Origin: Blasia pusilla
Lineage: Eukaryota
Direction: 5' to 3'
Assembly (NCBI GenBank): GCA_050084515.1
Contig: CM114271.1
Span: forward strand, 7,626,001-7,690,000
DNA: 64,000 bases
Both the position numbers and the translations under genes were made by a program. This document shows positions 60,791-64,000 of this stretch, piece after piece. The notes under the pieces were generated by a model. That model made no database searches and was not told where the DNA came from. It worked only from the letters and a program-made list of their open reading frames with translations. Position 1 is the first letter of the stretch. Every line of letters starts with the position of its first letter.

Positions 60791-63700
60791 CAAAGTTCAA
60801 CCCTTTCACAGCATGGAACGGCATGTTTCAGAAATTTGAGGGGGCATCCATGGAAAAATGCATATCTCTAGGAAAATCCCATGATTTTCCTAGAGATATG
60901 CACCTAAGATTGAGGCCTCAAGACTTTACAATGACCCACATTATGTGTCATGAACAAAGCCATTTCTAGATGAGGAGGAGGAGCTAGGAGAGGCTACTTC
61001 TTCTACTACTAGTGATGTGCTAAGAGGGGTGAGTCGGACTAGGGAAGTTGCATCGTCCACTCGGGTTCATCTTAGGTTCAACCTGTGGTTGAGTTCTCTG
61101 CACAATTGCAAAGGAACTACCAAGCAGTACGGACTGAGAAGTTGCAGAGCATCCACAACTTTCATAGGCACACGGGTGAGAGTTTGCGTGAGGAATTCAT
61201 TCACTTGCGTCGGTTGATTAGCATCACTCAAGGGGTGATGAGGGCCCAAGCTGTCTAGGCATGGTACACGATGCCGAAACAAGACTTGAGGAGATGGATG
61301 AGGGATGCCGTACTTTTGATGCTCATCTCACCTACATTGAAAGATGTTTTAAGATGGCAGAGTATATTGAGCGCAACATGGTTGAGGAGAGCGTAGCAGC
61401 CATGGGTCATCCGCTAGAGCAATCACAATTGCTTGCACCACCAATACAAAAATGTGGATTCTTAGAGAGGACTGTGGCACCACGAGCTCAAGAAGGATTT
61501 TTGGAGCATATGCCAAGGAGACCTACGCCATCATATGCGATGCAACAACTACCAAGGATTATTTGTTGGGCATATGATGGAGCCCATCATCAATGGGATT
61601 GCACCCTTCATTGTAGTGGATGCGTGCCTCAGCTTGGAGGAGATGGATCTGCACCAAGAGTATCCCAGTCTGATCATTGTCAGAGGTATGGTCATACGCG
61701 CATCAAGTATTTCAGCCTACACCCTAATCGAGTTATGCCCGAATCGAGGACGCCAAAGAGGGCACTAGAGAAATTTTGAGGTCCAAGTGAGCCTAGAAGT
61801 CAAGCACTAGGTAGTCTCGTTGGGGAACGAGGAGTTGGATTTTCCCATAGGGATGGTAGATATACCCGCGGAGGAGGTAGAGGTCTGCCACCTAAATGCA
61901 TCAAGGGAGACGCAAGGCGTGAGGCTAGGATGGTTGCTCAAATAGAGCAATTGCAACAACAGATTTTTGTTATGGCACTGAGGTTACCCGATGTCGGATC
62001 ATTGGCATCGATATCATATGGAGGAGCAAAGACATGGAGGATCTTGGTTGGATGTGTGGGGCTACACAAATAGAGGAAACTCATGTCATTACTCGTGGAA
62101 TAGCTATAGAGTTGGATCCGCGGCGAGGGAAAGCCAGGAAACAAACCAGGCTTCCTTAGTCTTTCACGTTGTTTGAGGCGATAAGGACCGCATCGATGGG
62201 TCCTAATCAGAGTTCTCGAAGAGTTTATGTATGTTGTTGGTGTGTAGGCATGGAGGTCGATGGGAGAAGCAAGCGCAACCACTTCTATTGGGGATGCTCA
62301 AGTGGAGCATGTGTCGAGTACATTGTTGGGGGTGTCCACTGCAATATACCACGCCCCATGGTTTTTTTCTTTTGATATTACAACATTGGGAGGTACACCC
62401 GTCGAGGTTTTCCACTTGGTTGCTGCGCTATGTGACCATGGAGTTGGTATTCTTGCATCACGTTCAGAGATGATTGCAAAGGAGGCAATGGACTTGCCCT
62501 TGGAGCCTATGCTCGGGCATTCCACCTCATATTCATGGAAGTTTACGGTTGCTAGGATGGCGGAGATGCTTGCTGGATCCGCGATAGAGTGTGCCATGGT
62601 TTTGATAGATGTTGTTTTGCTAGATAAGCAAGGAGAGCTATTCTATTTTGTGAGTATAGAAGGTAGAGTGTTTTGTTCGCAACGCGTCTTGTTGGATTTA
62701 GGAGCGCAACCCCTGATGTTGGAGAAGGCGGCATTTACAGGATTATGCCTGACAAGGGCCAATACGGAGTGTTTTCCATTCGGGATACATACATCCTTGG
62801 GCGGAGCAAGTATGATGTAGTTTACCACCTGACATGAGGTCATGGTAAGGATTTTCTAGGGACATCCGTCAGATGCATCCGTGGTGCGAGCCAAGGTGAT
62901 AGTCACCAATGTCGAGTCCTATGAGTCCTTGTTGGAGGAGCAATGTTGTACCGGATGGGATTTTCCTTGGATTATTGAGAGGAATCAACATCCTATAGAC
63001 CAAGATGGTAGTCAAGTGATAGGCGACTTAGTTTATTACCTGTTGGATTCACCGATGGAGTGATCGAGCGATGACTAGGCGAGATGGCAACGTTAGCAGC
63101 ATTCAATAGCGCAATCACTTGGCGTGATGATTTGATTGAGGGGCATATCCATGCAAAGGAAACACCCGCGCCTGAAACTTCTACATAGAGGAGAGTTATG
63201 GTAGCCACATCATTCCCTGGAGGAGAGGTGTCGTTGTGGAGCTCAAGTGAGGAGCTTCGACCCTTGGCCGATGAGCACTTGCAGACAACGTGGAGCCAGA
63301 TATTTGCAACAGAGCATGATGGGTCAGACAAGCCCAAGGTAGCCAGGAGTGCTACTATGACATCCTTAGACACCACACCCATTGTGTGGTGCATCCCAGA
63401 GGAGGATATTCAAGTGTTGGATCTCTTTGGAGGGATCAGCAGCTCGTTGGCTACTATTTTGCACGCAAGAGTGCGCGTACAACAATATTTGTATATTGAA
63501 ATTGATGAGATTTTGAGGCGTGTTTCACTACAACATATGACGCAATTACGCCTCCGTTTTCTTGACTTGTTGTCTACGTCAACCGTATAGGGATACCAAA
63601 GTTCCCTACCGAGGGACATTTCATTATTGGGATTGCAAGACTTGGAGCGGGTATGGACCATTGATTTGGTCATTGCTTGTTGGCCATGCCAGGGCCAGTC

Positions 63701-64000
63701 GAGTGTTGGACAAGGTAGTGGATTGGCTGACGCTTGTTCTAGGTTCTTTTGGGAGATGAGGAGGATTTTGTGAAATTTTCAAGAGCATCTATCCGGTTCT
63801 CCAACTTACATCCTAGAGAATGTGATGATTTTGGGTCAGGCGATAGAACGGAACTGCTTGACCTGGATCATTAACTTAGGAGTAGTTGAGTAGCATCGGA
63901 TAAGGTTGCAATAGGTCACAGTTGCTGCATGGTTGAGTCCCATGCTTACCGAGATGGTTGAGGTAGTGGTTGCGGGCGAGATCCGAGGAGATCGACATAC
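60790..64000 (+). mobile_element. DNMT-carrying Gypsy element D (gag, protease, DNMT; runs off window), decayed
   Basis: KFNPFTAW gag block; HCQRYGH knuckle; VLLDLGAQPLML; VLDLFGGISSSL, YLYIEID, DLVIACWPCQG, YILENV, then a direct jump to LGQAI (internal deletion ~63830). Confidence 0.85.

Overview
Eukaryotic, gene-free, transposon-saturated DNA. The element types and GT-AG introns suggest a plant, probably a non-seed land plant (inference). No host genes or RNA genes are recognisable. Contents: (1) Ty3/Gypsy element A (1-16914, minus; LTR, tRNA-iMet PBS, gag-PR-RT-RH-INT). (2) Two inverted copies of a ~12-13 kb Mutator-like (MULE) DNA transposon (2218-14126 and 42012-54898), each with its own target-site duplication and each inserted in a Gypsy gag-pol. 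The element lacks true TIRs and encodes a GCM-like/DDE/SWIM transposase. It also carries a divergently transcribed spliced gene combining a ParB/Srx-like domain with a beta-class N4/N6 DNA methyltransferase-like fold, and has dozens of copies of one CG-rich palindrome (GCAACCCGTCGG-N3-CCGACGGGTTGC) in its non-coding parts. (3) Three decayed Gypsy elements (B, C, D), nested or head-to-head, carrying a DNMT3-like C5 cytosine methyltransferase between protease and RT; C also has a PHD finger after the integrase. (4) A 152-bp satellite, a CACTA-like remnant, LTR-like fragments and a (GA)35 tract. All long reading frames are broken by indels or stops. Domain calls are by-eye motif recognition, not database searches.
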